From Prasinococcaceae sp. CCMP 1430 (lineage: Eukaryota; Plantae; Prasinodermophyta): DNA of 52,154 nt. Made by a program: the position numbers and the translations under genes. Shown in pieces: positions 31,817-42,296 of this stretch (positions within the stretch are counted from its first letter, which is position 1; each line of letters begins with the position of its first letter). The stretch is taken from positions 9,824 to 61,977 of the forward strand of contig RQSC01000619.1 of NCBI GenBank assembly GCA_013416795.1, in the 5' to 3' direction. The notes beneath the pieces were generated by a model that saw nothing but the letters and a program-made list of their open reading frames with translations, was not told the origin of the DNA and did no database searches.

Positions 31817-33405
31817 ATGTCCGAGCGCTACCAGCGCACCTTCGCCATCCCGGAGGAGTTTCCCGCCCTGCTCAAGGACTTCACGCGCGAGATCCTGCGC
31901 ACGCAGCCCGACAACCTGTACGAGTACGGCGCGCGCTACTTTTCCGAGCTCGTCGATGCGCGCGCCGCTGCCGAGGCTGAGGCGGCGGAAGCGGAGGCGG
32001 CCGGGGAAGAGGGCGATGGCGAGCGCGATGTGCTCATGATGGACGACAACGAGCTGCAGGAGTACGTTCAAGAGCTCTTCATGGAGGCCGACACAGACAA
32101 CTCGGGCACCCTCGACCACAAGGAACTCAAGGTGAGTTCTGAGGGCGGGCGCGGACCGACCGCGCTGGGTGCTGCGGCGGGCGCAGTGCCGCCGCAAAGC
32201 CGAACGCTTGCAAGCGGCGACCGGTCAACGCGCTTGCTGCGAGCGCGGGCGCTGACACGCGCGTGCGCGCGCCGCGCCCTCCCGCGCGGTTGCAGGGTGT
32301 CCTGAGCACGGCGCGCCTGAACATGTCGAAGGCGGACATTCGCGGTGTGATGGCCGAGTTCGACGCCAATGGTGACGGTGTGCTCGAGTACCGCGAGTTC
32401 CTCCCGGTGATGGTGCAGCTGATCGGTGGGCTCAACGCGCGCAAGCGGGAGCGTGCGGCCACCGAGGAGGCCGAGGCCGAGCGCGAGGAAGTGGCCGCCG
32501 AGGTGACTGACATCCTGCTGCACGGTATGCGCCAAGAGGATCTCGACGCGCTCATGACCAGCGTCTTCCAGGCGGCTGACGTTGATAACAACGGCTACCT
32601 TGACATGGGCGAGTTCCAGGCCTGTCTGAAGAGCGCGGAGCTAGGGCTCACGCGCAAGGAGATCAACACACTCATGGCGGAGGCAGACCTCAACGACGAC
32701 GGCAAAGTTGCGTTCGAAGAATTCGTGCCGCTTTGCTTCGACCTGCTCGTTGAAGTGTTCACGAAGGAGGCCACAGAGAGCTCCATTCGCGAATCGGCGA
32801 GCGCGCTCGAGCAATACCTCATGGAAGGCTTCGCGGCCGTCGACTCATCCGGGACCGGCGCCATCTCGATCGGTAAGGCCCGCTCGGCGCTGACGCGCAT
32901 GTCGCGGGCGGAGCTGGGGCTTACGAAGCTGCAGATCGGTGTGGTGCTGTCCGAGGCGGCAATCAACGGCAAGGGGGAGATCGCCTACGTTGAGTTCGTG
33001 CCAACTGCGGCGCGTATTTTGTACTCGCTGCTCGATAACGCTGAGCAGGAGAGGCGCATAGAGGCCATGGAGAAGATGGCGCGCACGGGGGGTGCACAGC
33101 TGCTGCGTGGATTCTCGCGAGAGACCGTCTTGTCGATCCTGTCGGCTGCGTTCAAGGAGGCCGACGCGGATGGGAACGGCTACCTCGACTACGATGAATT
33201 GCTTCGCGTGTTTGAAGCTCTGGGAACGTCCGAGCTTGGTCTGTCGGCGAATGAGACGGTCATGCTCTTGGCGACGGTCGACGCGGATGCGGATGGCCGC
33301 ATCGACTACGGCGAGCTCGTCGAGTTCATGTTCTCTGCGCTGTGCCACCTCGAGAGGGAGAGCTTCATCGCCGCCGGCGGTGTGCCTGACATCGAGGAGC
33401 AGTGA
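31817..33405 (+). CDS. RIIa dimerization/docking domain + 8 EF-hand protein (radial-spoke RSP7-like architecture); 2 exons
   Basis: Exons 31817-32131 and 32296-33405. IPEEFPALLKDFTREILRTQPDNLYEYGARYF is an RIIa domain. EF loops: DTDNSGTLDHKE, DANGDGVLEYRE, DVDNNGYLDMGE, DLNDDGKVAFEE, two degenerate loops, DADGNGYLDYDE, DADADGRIDYGE. Confidence 0.85.
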
Positions 33406-33680
33406 GGGGCTGCGCAGTCAGAGGCACCTGCCCAGGGGGAGTAGTTGGAGTGAGGTATGGTTAGAAGCGCGCGCTGGGGGGACGAGATAAGATGTACAAC
33501 GCCTTTGCCACACGCGCCCGCGCGCGTGCATAGGCGAGGGAGAATGGGGCCCACCCCTAGGTACAGTAGCTAGCCACAGCTCGCGCGCACGCGGGCACGG
33601 GCTCGGCCGCGCAGTGCAGCGGGGCAGTATCGTACACGCAGATATACATGGCTCACACGTGGGGATTCCTGCTGCCGCAA

Positions 33681-35588
33681 CTACCGAATGTCCGCAAAGA
33701 AGTTCCTGTGCCATCGCACGACGCCAGCGCCAGCCTCGTCGCGGCAGAGCTTGCCGGTCCCCTCGGCCGCGCGCAGCATCTCGCGCGTGACTGCGGGGGG
33801 GCACGCGAGCACCATCGCCGCATCCTCAGCGCTGAGGCCCTCCGAGCCATCGCCCATCGACTCAGCAAGTTCAACGAGGCGTGCGTGAAGGTCCTCCTGC
33901 GAAAAGCGCGCTGCGCACACGCACAACACGCCACCTTTGTCCCCATCCCCAGTCGTGCCACCAAAGGTCTGCAATGAGAGCGGCAGACCGAGCGTTTCCC
34001 AAAGCGAGCACGCTTGCAGCAGGTCTGCTGGAGACACGAGTTCGCTCCCACGCGCGCGGTTGTACACGCAGTACACCTCGGGCAGCGCCATGAGACCGCC
34101 AGCGTTGTCTAGCACGCGCGGCAGGAAGTCTGCAAGCTGGCGCGACAGCTCTTGGTGGTACATCGAACCCGCGCTGGTCTTTGTGACTGGCGACGCGAGC
34201 CCCAGCGTGAGCAGGAAGTCGCCCATCTCGGCCGTGGCAGCGGCCTCGGCGGCGTCCTCTGCACCTGCTCCCGAGGCTGCGGTGTCGCGCCGCTCAAAGC
34301 CGCGCATTTTGTCAGCGAGCGCCACAAGCTCCCGAGCGTGCTCCATGAGACTCGACAGGTCCGTGAATGCCTCCGATACGCTTGCGTTCGCTTGAGCCTC
34401 CTCCATGGACTGCTGTCGTATGATGCCGCTGACGCCCGCCGACCTCGTCGTGAACGACGGCACCGGCGCCGAGCTCGCTGCTGACGTAGGGGGGGCGGGC
34501 ACCGGCGTCTGGGGTGGCGGCAGCGGCGCAGCCTCGTCGCCGGGGATGGCCACTCCGAGCTCGCGAAGCTGCTCTATCTCATAGGCAGTCATGCCCGCCG
34601 CGCCCTCAGTCGCGTCCGAGCCCGCGGGAGCTGTTTGGGGCTGCTGATGCGGTAGCAGTGGCGGCTGCACCTGCGGCGACGCCGAACCAGTCACGTGAAG
34701 ACCGAGCGCGCGCATCTGCTCGCATGCGCGCCGCGGGCGCCCGTCAGCAGCTTGCAAGTACCTACTCCTGTAAGCTCGCGCGCGTGGTCGTGGGTGGATG
34801 GTTGGGATGAACGGGGTTGCTCCTTCCTGCTAGCACGCACATACCTGTTCGATCTCATATTCGTTCAGGTCGTTGAGGTCGATGCCGGCCACCGAGGCGG
34901 AGGCCGCCCCGACTTGGGCGTTTGGGGCTGCTGCAGATGCCGCTCCCGAGACAGCAGCAGCAGCGGGAGACGGGGACGCGGCTGCGGCCGCACCGCGCTC
35001 CCATGCGCGCCTCTCGAGCGCGGCCTCAAGTGCTCGCGCGATGCCGCCGTGCCCCTTTTGAGTGAAGACAAATGTCGCCACCAGCGTGCCGGCGGGCACG
35101 GCGCTGCGAGGGAACGCGCGCGTGGGAGTCAATGGGGTGTGTCGGTAGTTGAGAAGGGCGCATTGTCAGTAGAAGCGCGCGAGTGAGCAGGGGCGCGGGC
35201 GAGCACGCAAGCCCACGCGCGTGGCGCGTTCCCACGTGCGCGCCTCTTGCACTCACCCGCCACCCCGCGCATACACGCGCAGCTTCTTCTTCCGCAGCTT
35301 TGTGGTGTTGATGAGACCGCTGTCGGGCTCGATGCGCGCGATGTCGCCGAGGCGCAGCGCCACGGCATCCGGGACGGCGCTATCACCAAGGGCGCCGTTG
35401 CCACCCGCAGCACCCGCGCGCGGTGAGAGCAGCACAGCGCGGTGCGATGTCACCACGAGGGCGCCGAGCGCTCTGGCCGCGCCCGCTCCCGCGCCCGCCA
35501 CGCCCTCGAGGTCCGCCCGCACGCTCGCCGCAGTCGCGAGCTCGACCTCGCCGTCCAGCAGCACCGCGCGCCCGGACGGCGTCGCCTG
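33681..35588 (-). CDS. VPS36: ESCRT-II subunit Vps36/EAP45; at least 3 exons, start in gap
   Basis: Exons: gap edge-35257, 35103-34845 and 34715-33681. GLUE-like N-terminus (GALVVTSHRAVLL), then AGVSGII, SEAFTDLSSLMEHARELV, LGLASPVTK, YHQELSRQLADFL and YCVYNRARGSELVSPADL. Confidence 0.88.
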
Positions 35589-35677
35589 NNNNNNNNNNNN
35601 NNNNNNNNNNNNNNNNNNNNNNNNNNNNNNNNNNNNNNNNNNNNNNNNNNNNNNNNNNNNNNNNNNNNNNNNNNNNN

Positions 35678-36821
35678 GGCGGCAGGGGCCGCGGGGACGG
35701 CGGCGGCGGGCGCGGACGCGCCGTGGGGGGGGCGTGAGGGCGCGTACGTGCCGCGGTGTGTGCTGGTGACGGGCGCCGCGGGCTTTATCGGTAGCCACTT
35801 CGCGGTACGGATGTGCCAGTCGTACCCGTCGGTCAAGGTGGTCGTGCTCGACAAGCTGGACTACTGCGCGTCGATGCGCAACCTCGACGCGTGCGCGGGG
35901 CTGCCCAACTTCAAGTTCGTGCAGGGCGACATCTGCTCGCCGGATCTGGTGACATACCTGCTCAAGAATGAGGGCATAGATACGATCATGCATTTCGCCG
36001 CCCAGTCGCACGTGGACAACTCCTTCGGCAACTCGATGGAGTTCACTCGCGCCAACATCTACGGCACCCACGTGCTGCTCGAGGCGTCCCGCGCGGCCGG
36101 TGACGCTGTGCGGCGCTTCGTGCATGTGTCCACCGACGAGGTCTACGGCGAGAACGAGCTCTACGACTGCGAGGACGACGCCAAGCACGAGGACGCCACT
36201 CTGGAGCCCACCAACCCGTATGCGGCGTCCAAGGCCGCCGCAGAGATGCTCGTGAAGGCGTACCGCCGCTCATACGGCCTGCCCGTCATCGTCACCCGCT
36301 GCAACAACGTGTTTGGCCCTGGCCAATACCCTGAGAAGTTGATACCGAAGGTCGTGCTGCTCGCCAAGCGCGGCGCAAAGCTGCCCATCCACGGGGACGG
36401 CTCGGCCAAGCGCTCCTACCTCTACGTGGAGGACGTCGCGGAGGCGTACGATGCCGTCCTGCACATGGGAAAGCTCGGCGAGACGTACAACATCGGCACG
36501 CAGCACGAGGTGACTGTCGTCGATGTGGTGCGCATGATCTGCGGCGTGATGGGGGTCGATTTCGACGCGCAGGTGTCGCACGTGGCCGATCGCCCCTTCA
36601 ACGATCAGCGCTACTACCTCAACGCGAGAAAGCTCGAGAAGCTCGGCTGGACGCAGCGCACGTCCTGGGAGGAGGGCATGCGCAAGACCATCGAGTGGTA
36701 TACGCGCGATGAGGTGAGCGACGGCGGGTACTGGGAGTCGCTCGAAGATGCGCTCAACGCACACCCGACAGAGCCGGCAGAGGAGAACACCGCCGCCAAG
36801 CGCATGCGCCTAGGCGATTGA
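35678..36821 (+). CDS. NDP-glucose 4,6-dehydratase (stand-alone RHM N-terminal/RmlB-type, rhamnose pathway); start in gap
   Basis: VLVTGAAGFIGSH, DKLDYCAS, HFAAQSHVDNSFGNS, HVSTDEVYG, NPYAASKAAAE, GQYPEKLIPK and DRPFNDQRY. Confidence 0.92.
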
Positions 36822-36947
36822 GACAGGCCATCCGCGCACGCGTGCATGCTTCCGCAAAGGTGGACAGAGACGCCACGAATAACCATACAAATCACATGCT
36901 TACACAAGTTTTACTACAAAAGTACAGCTGTCGGGGGGGCTCTAGGC

Positions 36948-39301
36948 TCACCAGTCATCGCCGCTGCCGCTGCCGCTCTCTGCATCCCAGTCGCAGTCTA
37001 TCTCCGTCGCCTGACGCTGCAGCTCGGCCAGACCAGTGAGCTCCTCGAGGTACGCGGGCTCGTTGAACGCGCGCAGCAGGAACTCCTCGGGGGCGGCCTG
37101 GTACGCGGCGACCACCTTATCGGAGCAGGCCGTGCAGCAGTCGTACGCTGCGCCTGCCACAGGCAATTGCTGGAGCGAGCCGAGGAAGCCACGCAACTGG
37201 TGGGGCAGAGCTCCCAGTGGCGAGCGCGCGTCGCGCTCCTCGGCGGCCAGTCCACTAGCACCGCCACTGGCGGGCGCCGCCGCGCCCTCGGGGTGGTGCA
37301 CCATCGCCACGAGCATCTCCACAGCGAGCGCGCCCGCGATGGGGGCGAGGCCCGGCCGAGTGACCGTGCACTGCTGGTCGAGCGTGCGGTACTTGGTGGA
37401 GTCGAGCGGCGCCACGACATCGTTGCAGAAGTAGCATCCTAGGCGCGTGGTGCCGTCGGCCATCGCACGCCCAGCGCTCGAGGCGAGCGCTGCGTTGCGT
37501 TGCGCGGCGTCGTCGCCCGAAGGCGCGCTCCGCTGGGCGCATCCTGCGGCGACGCCATGGCGCATCACTGCGGTGTCGATGGGAAGCGCGGAGTCAGTTA
37601 TTTGCCACACATGCGCGCGACGGGGCGTCGAACATACGAAGGCAGGCGTCGCGCGCTTTCGAGCGCGCCTCCGAGGGGGCGCGCAAGGCCGCGCCTGCTC
37701 TATCCAGACGTACCGACGTACGAGTCGAAGCCAAGTGCCGTGTTGAACATCGGCCGCCCCATCGCCGAGCAGAGCAGGGTGGGAAGCCAGCGGCTCTCAC
37801 GCGTGTCCGTGAGCACAAACACGGCGTCGTGCTCCTCGATGAGATTCCTCAACTTTGCCGCGCTGGCGAGCGCGGCGTTCGCCTCAGCGCCACCAGTCTC
37901 GCCAACATCGTGTCCCGGCATGGGAATGTAGAGCTCGTGCGCGCAGGGGCGCGCCCCGGGGAATATTTTTGAGAGCGCCTCGGCGGCCGCCTCTGCCTTG
38001 GGCCTGCCGCCGTTCTTGCAGTCTTCGAAATTGTACAGACTTTGCCTCACAGGGTTCGAATAGGACACGCGAGCGCAGTCGGTGAGGGTCACGTGGCGCA
38101 CGCCCCATGCGAGCAACCCACGCGCCACCGCGCAGCCCAGCGTGCCTGCGCCGAGCAGCAGGCAACGCGTGCGCTGCAGCGCCTCCGTGTCGAGCTCAGG
38201 GAGCACTCGCCAGCGCATGAGCTTGAGGTTGAGGTCCGCCGCCTGCTCAGCGAGGCGCACGGGGTCCATGATGGCCCCGAGATCTGCCACGCGCGGCGCG
38301 GCCTTGCCCTTCGCGTTGCGCTCCCACGCGCGCCCGAGGCGCGGCATCGGTCCGTCGGTCGGTACATGCGGCACCTCGAGGTCCATGACGAGCGAGGTAG
38401 CCGCACACATGCGCCCGCGGGCCTCGCGCACACACAGCAGGCGCATCCTCGCCGACCCTCCCTCGGGCGCCCAGCGAGCGCCGGCAAGCGTGAGCAGGTT
38501 GCGCACGGGCCACGACGCCACGCCGGGCTCCTCGCATGGGTCGAAGGCGGCCACCAGCAGGCGGCCATTGCTCGCGTCGTTGCCGTCGCGCAAGGCCTCG
38601 CCCGCCTCGGCGAGGCTCACCCGCGCCCATGAGCCGTCCTCACCGCGTATCAAGCCGCACGCGCCGAGCCCACCGCCGTCGGCCCCGTCGCGCATTGCCT
38701 CGGTATGCGCCGCGCGCCATTCGGCGACGGCGTCCGCAAGCGCTGCCGCGTCGACGCCGCAGTCGGAAGCCTCTTCGACGGCGCGTGACGCCAGCAGTTG
38801 GGCGGGATGCTCGAGCGCAAAGCACGGCGCTGCCAGCCAGTGGTAGAAGCGCCATTTCTTCAGGTCGGCGTGCGCGAGCATCGCGAACCGACCCAGCAGC
38901 CAGGGCGCGCGCTCGGCGGCGCCCGAGGTGATGTCGTCCCACAACCGCCCCGCGGCGCCCTTCACGAGCGCGGTGCGGTCAAACTCCTTGAACGCCTCCA
39001 GCGTGTTGACGTTCACGAGCACGCCCGGCGCTGGGAAGCGGTTCGACGGGCATGCCGACGGGTCCGCCTCAACACCGCCGTCGCCGCTACTGCCGCTGGC
39101 GCCCGCAGCAGCGGCCGCGGTCGCGGCGGTGCCGAGCGCGCCCGACGAGACCTGCAGCAGTCGCGCGCCGGGCGCGGCGTGCGCGGCGAGCGCGAGCGGC
39201 CGCTCGCTCAGCCGCAGCGCGTCGAGCTTGAGCCGCGCGAGCTCCGCCCACAGCGCGACGTCCACGGACGACGCCCACGGCGAGAACTGCAGCGGTGCCA
39301 T
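36948..39301 (-). CDS. ATG7: Autophagy E1-like enzyme Atg7; 2 exons
   Basis: Exons 39301-37714 and 37567-36948; splicing restores ALGFDSYV|VMRHG. Also DLNLKLMRWR, LLGAGTLGC, VSYSNPVRQSL, LGCYFCNDVVAP and catalytic LDQQCTVTRPG. TTACA at 36900-36904. Confidence 0.96.
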
Positions 39302-39559
39302 CTCTGCGCCCCGCGCGCTTCGGGAGGCGGCAGCAGGGCGCCGCGCCGCGCCTGCGCTGCCGCGCCTGCGCTGTGTGGCAGGGCCCGCGCTGCACGCCGA
39401 GCGTTTTTGTTTTTGTGACAGGTGGACCAGAGTCTGGCAGCCACGCGGACCCGCGCGGAGGCGCGACGCATGGCAGACGGCGCGCGTGCCGCGGACGCGG
39501 CGCCGCCGCCGGGGCGGCGCGAAGTTGGGAGTCGCGTGGGGCGCGGCAGGCGGGGTGTC

Positions 39560-42163
39560 ATGTCCGCGGCCGCGCTCGACTACGGCGACTACGAGTACGG
39601 CGGCGCGAACAGCACGGCACATGCGTACGCGCACTTGCTCTCCGAGGGCGAAGTGCGCGCGCTGGCGCGCGCCAGCGTCGCCGTGTCGGCGGTATCCTTC
39701 GCGACATGCGGCGCGCTGGTGGCGTGCTACGCGGTGCTTCCCGAGCTTCGCCAGTTCGCCTTCACGCTCGTGGCACTGCTGTGCGTGTGCGACGGCTGCG
39801 CGGCTGCGACTAACTTGCTCGGTGCCCCGGCCGACGGCTCGGCGCTGTGTGAGATGCAAGCGGTGCTGGGCTCGTTCTTCAGCCTGGCCGCGGTGCTGTG
39901 GACAGCGGTGATCGCATCGGTGTTGAAGCAGGGCGTCGTCAGCCCCCAGGCGCTGGGCAATATGCGGAAGCGCGCGTACGCCTACCACCTCTTCTGCTGG
40001 GGCACGGCGGCGGCCGCCGCGTGCCTTCCCGCGCTCACGGCGAGCTACGGCGCCGCGGGCGCCGTGTGCTGGATCGTCGGCTCGGCGCTTGGACAGGCCC
40101 TGCGCTTCGTGACGTTTTACTTTCCGCTATACTTGGTCATCGCCTACAATGCGTGGGCGTATTGGAGCGTGGTACAGGTCGTCAGGAGCGCGCGCGGACT
40201 CGCCGACGAGGAGCGGAGGCGCGCCGCCGCGCTTCTCTCTTACCCAGCCATACTCCTCGTGGCGTGGGCGGGCGGCACGCTGAATCGTCTCCACAACTGG
40301 GCCTACCCAGGCCAACCCAGCTTCGGGCTGTACATGGTAGCCACGGTGATGGGCGCTTCGCAGGGGTTGATGCACGCGGTGGCGTTCGGCGCCACGCGCG
40401 CTGTGCGCGATGCGCTCGCGCGGTGGCGCAGCGAGGTGAAGGCGGGCGGCTGGCGCGGCGCAGGTGCGCGCGCCGCGCTCGCAGCGAGGCGGGGCAGGGC
40501 GGGCGAGGGTCTGGAGATGCAGAGCCTCAAGCGCAAGGATGGTGGGGAGGGCGGCGCCCGACTGGGCCTGCTCGGAGACGACCTCGACTCGGGTGGTGGT
40601 GGACTCGTGGATGTGTCGAGCCAAGTGCGCTCCGCGCACGTGGCTGCGCTCGGCATCTACGAGTCGTTGTCATTGCTGAGTTCGCAGAGCGTACTGGCGT
40701 ACGAGGCGCTCGCCGCCGCCGGTCGCGGCACCAAGAGCGGCGGCGAGCACGGCGACGCTCGCGGGAAGGGTGACAGCTTCGCCACGGCCGTGACGCTCAT
40801 CAAGAGCTTCATCGGCCTCGGCATTTTAGCCTTTCCGAAGGCATTTTCCGCCGTCGGCTACGTCGGCGGATGTGTTGGCGTTCTCGTCATCGCGGGGGTC
40901 TCGCTGCATGGCATGCAGCTGCTGCTCGATGTTCAGGCGCGGCTATCCTCCGGGCGAAATGGCGCTTCGAGAAGTGCTGGGAACGGCATCGCGGGCGATG
41001 GGAAGCCTGCTGGCGGGCTGCAGTCGTACGAGCTCGTGAGTCACAGCGACGCGCGCGAGTGTGATGCCGGCGAAGGCATCACCGCAGACGAGGGTGGCGC
41101 GAGTGAGGCGGGCCCACGTGAGCGCGCGAGCCGCACGCTCGACTCGTACACGGCGCTCGGCGAGGCGGTGTGGGGCTCGGCCGGTAGGAAAATCGTCGAA
41201 TTCGGCCTTTTCACAAGTCAAGTGGGATTTGGCACGGCCTATCTGATTTTCATCGGACACAACGTGTTCAGCGTCATCCCCGAGCTGGGCTCGCCGCAGG
41301 CCGCGACCCTACTCGCTACTCTTTTTCTGTACTTTCCCTGCTGCCTGCCGGATGTGAGGCGACTAGCGTCGACCAGCCTCGTCGCGAACGCGCTCACGGT
41401 CTTCAGCCTAGGCTTCGTCTTGTACTGCGCTCTCAAGGTACTGCGTGCCAACGGGCACCAAACGCGGGCGGAATTCGCGCAACTCGGCGTGGAGCCCCTG
41501 CGCGTCGCGGGCGGACCGTACTTTTTTGCCAGCACCGTCTTCGCTTTCGAAGGCATCGGGCTGGTGCTGCCCGTGCAGCAATCGATGCAGCGGCCGCAGG
41601 AGCTGCCGGGCATGCTCCGCTACACCGTTGTTTCGGTCGCCGTCGTCATGTTGTGTCTGGGCGGTTTCTGCTACCTCGCGTGGGGGGACGCGACACGAGA
41701 CATGATAACGCTGAATTTGCCGCAGGACAGCGTGCTATCCGCGATGGTGAAGCTCATTTACTCCTTCGCCCTCGGACTTACCTACCCCTTGCAGCTTTTG
41801 CCTGCTTTCCGCATTGTCGAGGACTCGGGCCTGCTGGACCGCCTCGTCGTGCCCCCGTCGCTCGAGGCGTCCATGCCAAGGCTGCGCATCAACGTCATGC
41901 GCGTCTGCCTCGTGACCGTGACGTCCGTGGTGGCTGCTCTCACTCCACATTTTGGCCTTTTCGTGAATCTCGTCGGCGCCGTGAGCTGCAGCCTTCTCGC
42001 GTTCATCCTGCCCGCAGCGATGCACTTCGGCTTCGGCGCGACGCGGGCTGTGCGTGCGAAGGACGGCCTTCTGATCCTCTTCGGGATCGCGGGGGGCGCC
42101 GTGTCCTTCGTATTGACAGTGAAGGAGCTGATTGCAGCGTTCGCCGCTGGCGGTGGGGACTAG
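39560..42163 (+). CDS. Fusion of a GCR1/cAMP-receptor-like 7TM domain and an Aa_trans (SLC36/ANT-AVT-type) amino-acid transporter, 867 aa
   Basis: Single ORF. The 7TM part (about 39650-40420) has FAFTLVALLCVCD, LCEMQA, SVLKQ, YHLFCWG, GAVCWI, FVTFYFPLY, YPAILLVAW and SQGLMHAVAFG. The transporter part (about 40770-42150) has TLIKSFIGLGILAFPKAF, SYTALGEAVWG, FAFEGIGLVLP, LTYPLQL and LVGAVSCSLLAFILP. Confidence 0.88.
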   Translation: MSAAALDYGDYEYGGANSTAHAYAHLLSEGEVRALARASVAVSAVSFATCGALVACYAVLPELRQFAFTLVALLCVCDGCAAATNLLGAPADGSALCEMQAVLGSFFSLAAVLWTAVIASVLKQGVVSPQALGNMRKRAYAYHLFCWGTAAAAACLPALTASYGAAGAVCWIVGSALGQALRFVTFYFPLYLVIAYNAWAYWSVVQVVRSARGLADEERRRAAALLSYPAILLVAWAGGTLNRLHNWAYPGQPSFGLYMVATVMGASQGLMHAVAFGATRAVRDALARWRSEVKAGGWRGAGARAALAARRGRAGEGLEMQSLKRKDGGEGGARLGLLGDDLDSGGGGLVDVSSQVRSAHVAALGIYESLSLLSSQSVLAYEALAAAGRGTKSGGEHGDARGKGDSFATAVTLIKSFIGLGILAFPKAFSAVGYVGGCVGVLVIAGVSLHGMQLLLDVQARLSSGRNGASRSAGNGIAGDGKPAGGLQSYELVSHSDARECDAGEGITADEGGASEAGPRERASRTLDSYTALGEAVWGSAGRKIVEFGLFTSQVGFGTAYLIFIGHNVFSVIPELGSPQAATLLATLFLYFPCCLPDVRRLASTSLVANALTVFSLGFVLYCALKVLRANGHQTRAEFAQLGVEPLRVAGGPYFFASTVFAFEGIGLVLPVQQSMQRPQELPGMLRYTVVSVAVVMLCLGGFCYLAWGDATRDMITLNLPQDSVLSAMVKLIYSFALGLTYPLQLLPAFRIVEDSGLLDRLVVPPSLEASMPRLRINVMRVCLVTVTSVVAALTPHFGLFVNLVGAVSCSLLAFILPAAMHFGFGATRAVRAKDGLLILFGIAGGAVSFVLTVKELIAAFAAGGGD

Positions 42164-42296
42164 CCGGCTCGCGGCGCGGGCGCGCGGCGGATGGAAGCGG
42201 GGGCGGAGGAGGCAAAGGCGGAGGCGGAGGCGGGAGCGACCCCATCTGTTGTAATAATGTGTACCAAATTACGATTCGTGAGTTCGAGGCAGGCGC

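Noticed and set aside
15-36821. Polysaccharide biosynthesis cluster (sulfotransferase, glycosyltransferase, 4,6-dehydratase)
   Set aside because: The genes are 14-20 kb apart with unrelated genes between, and the glycosyltransferase is sterol/lipid-type.
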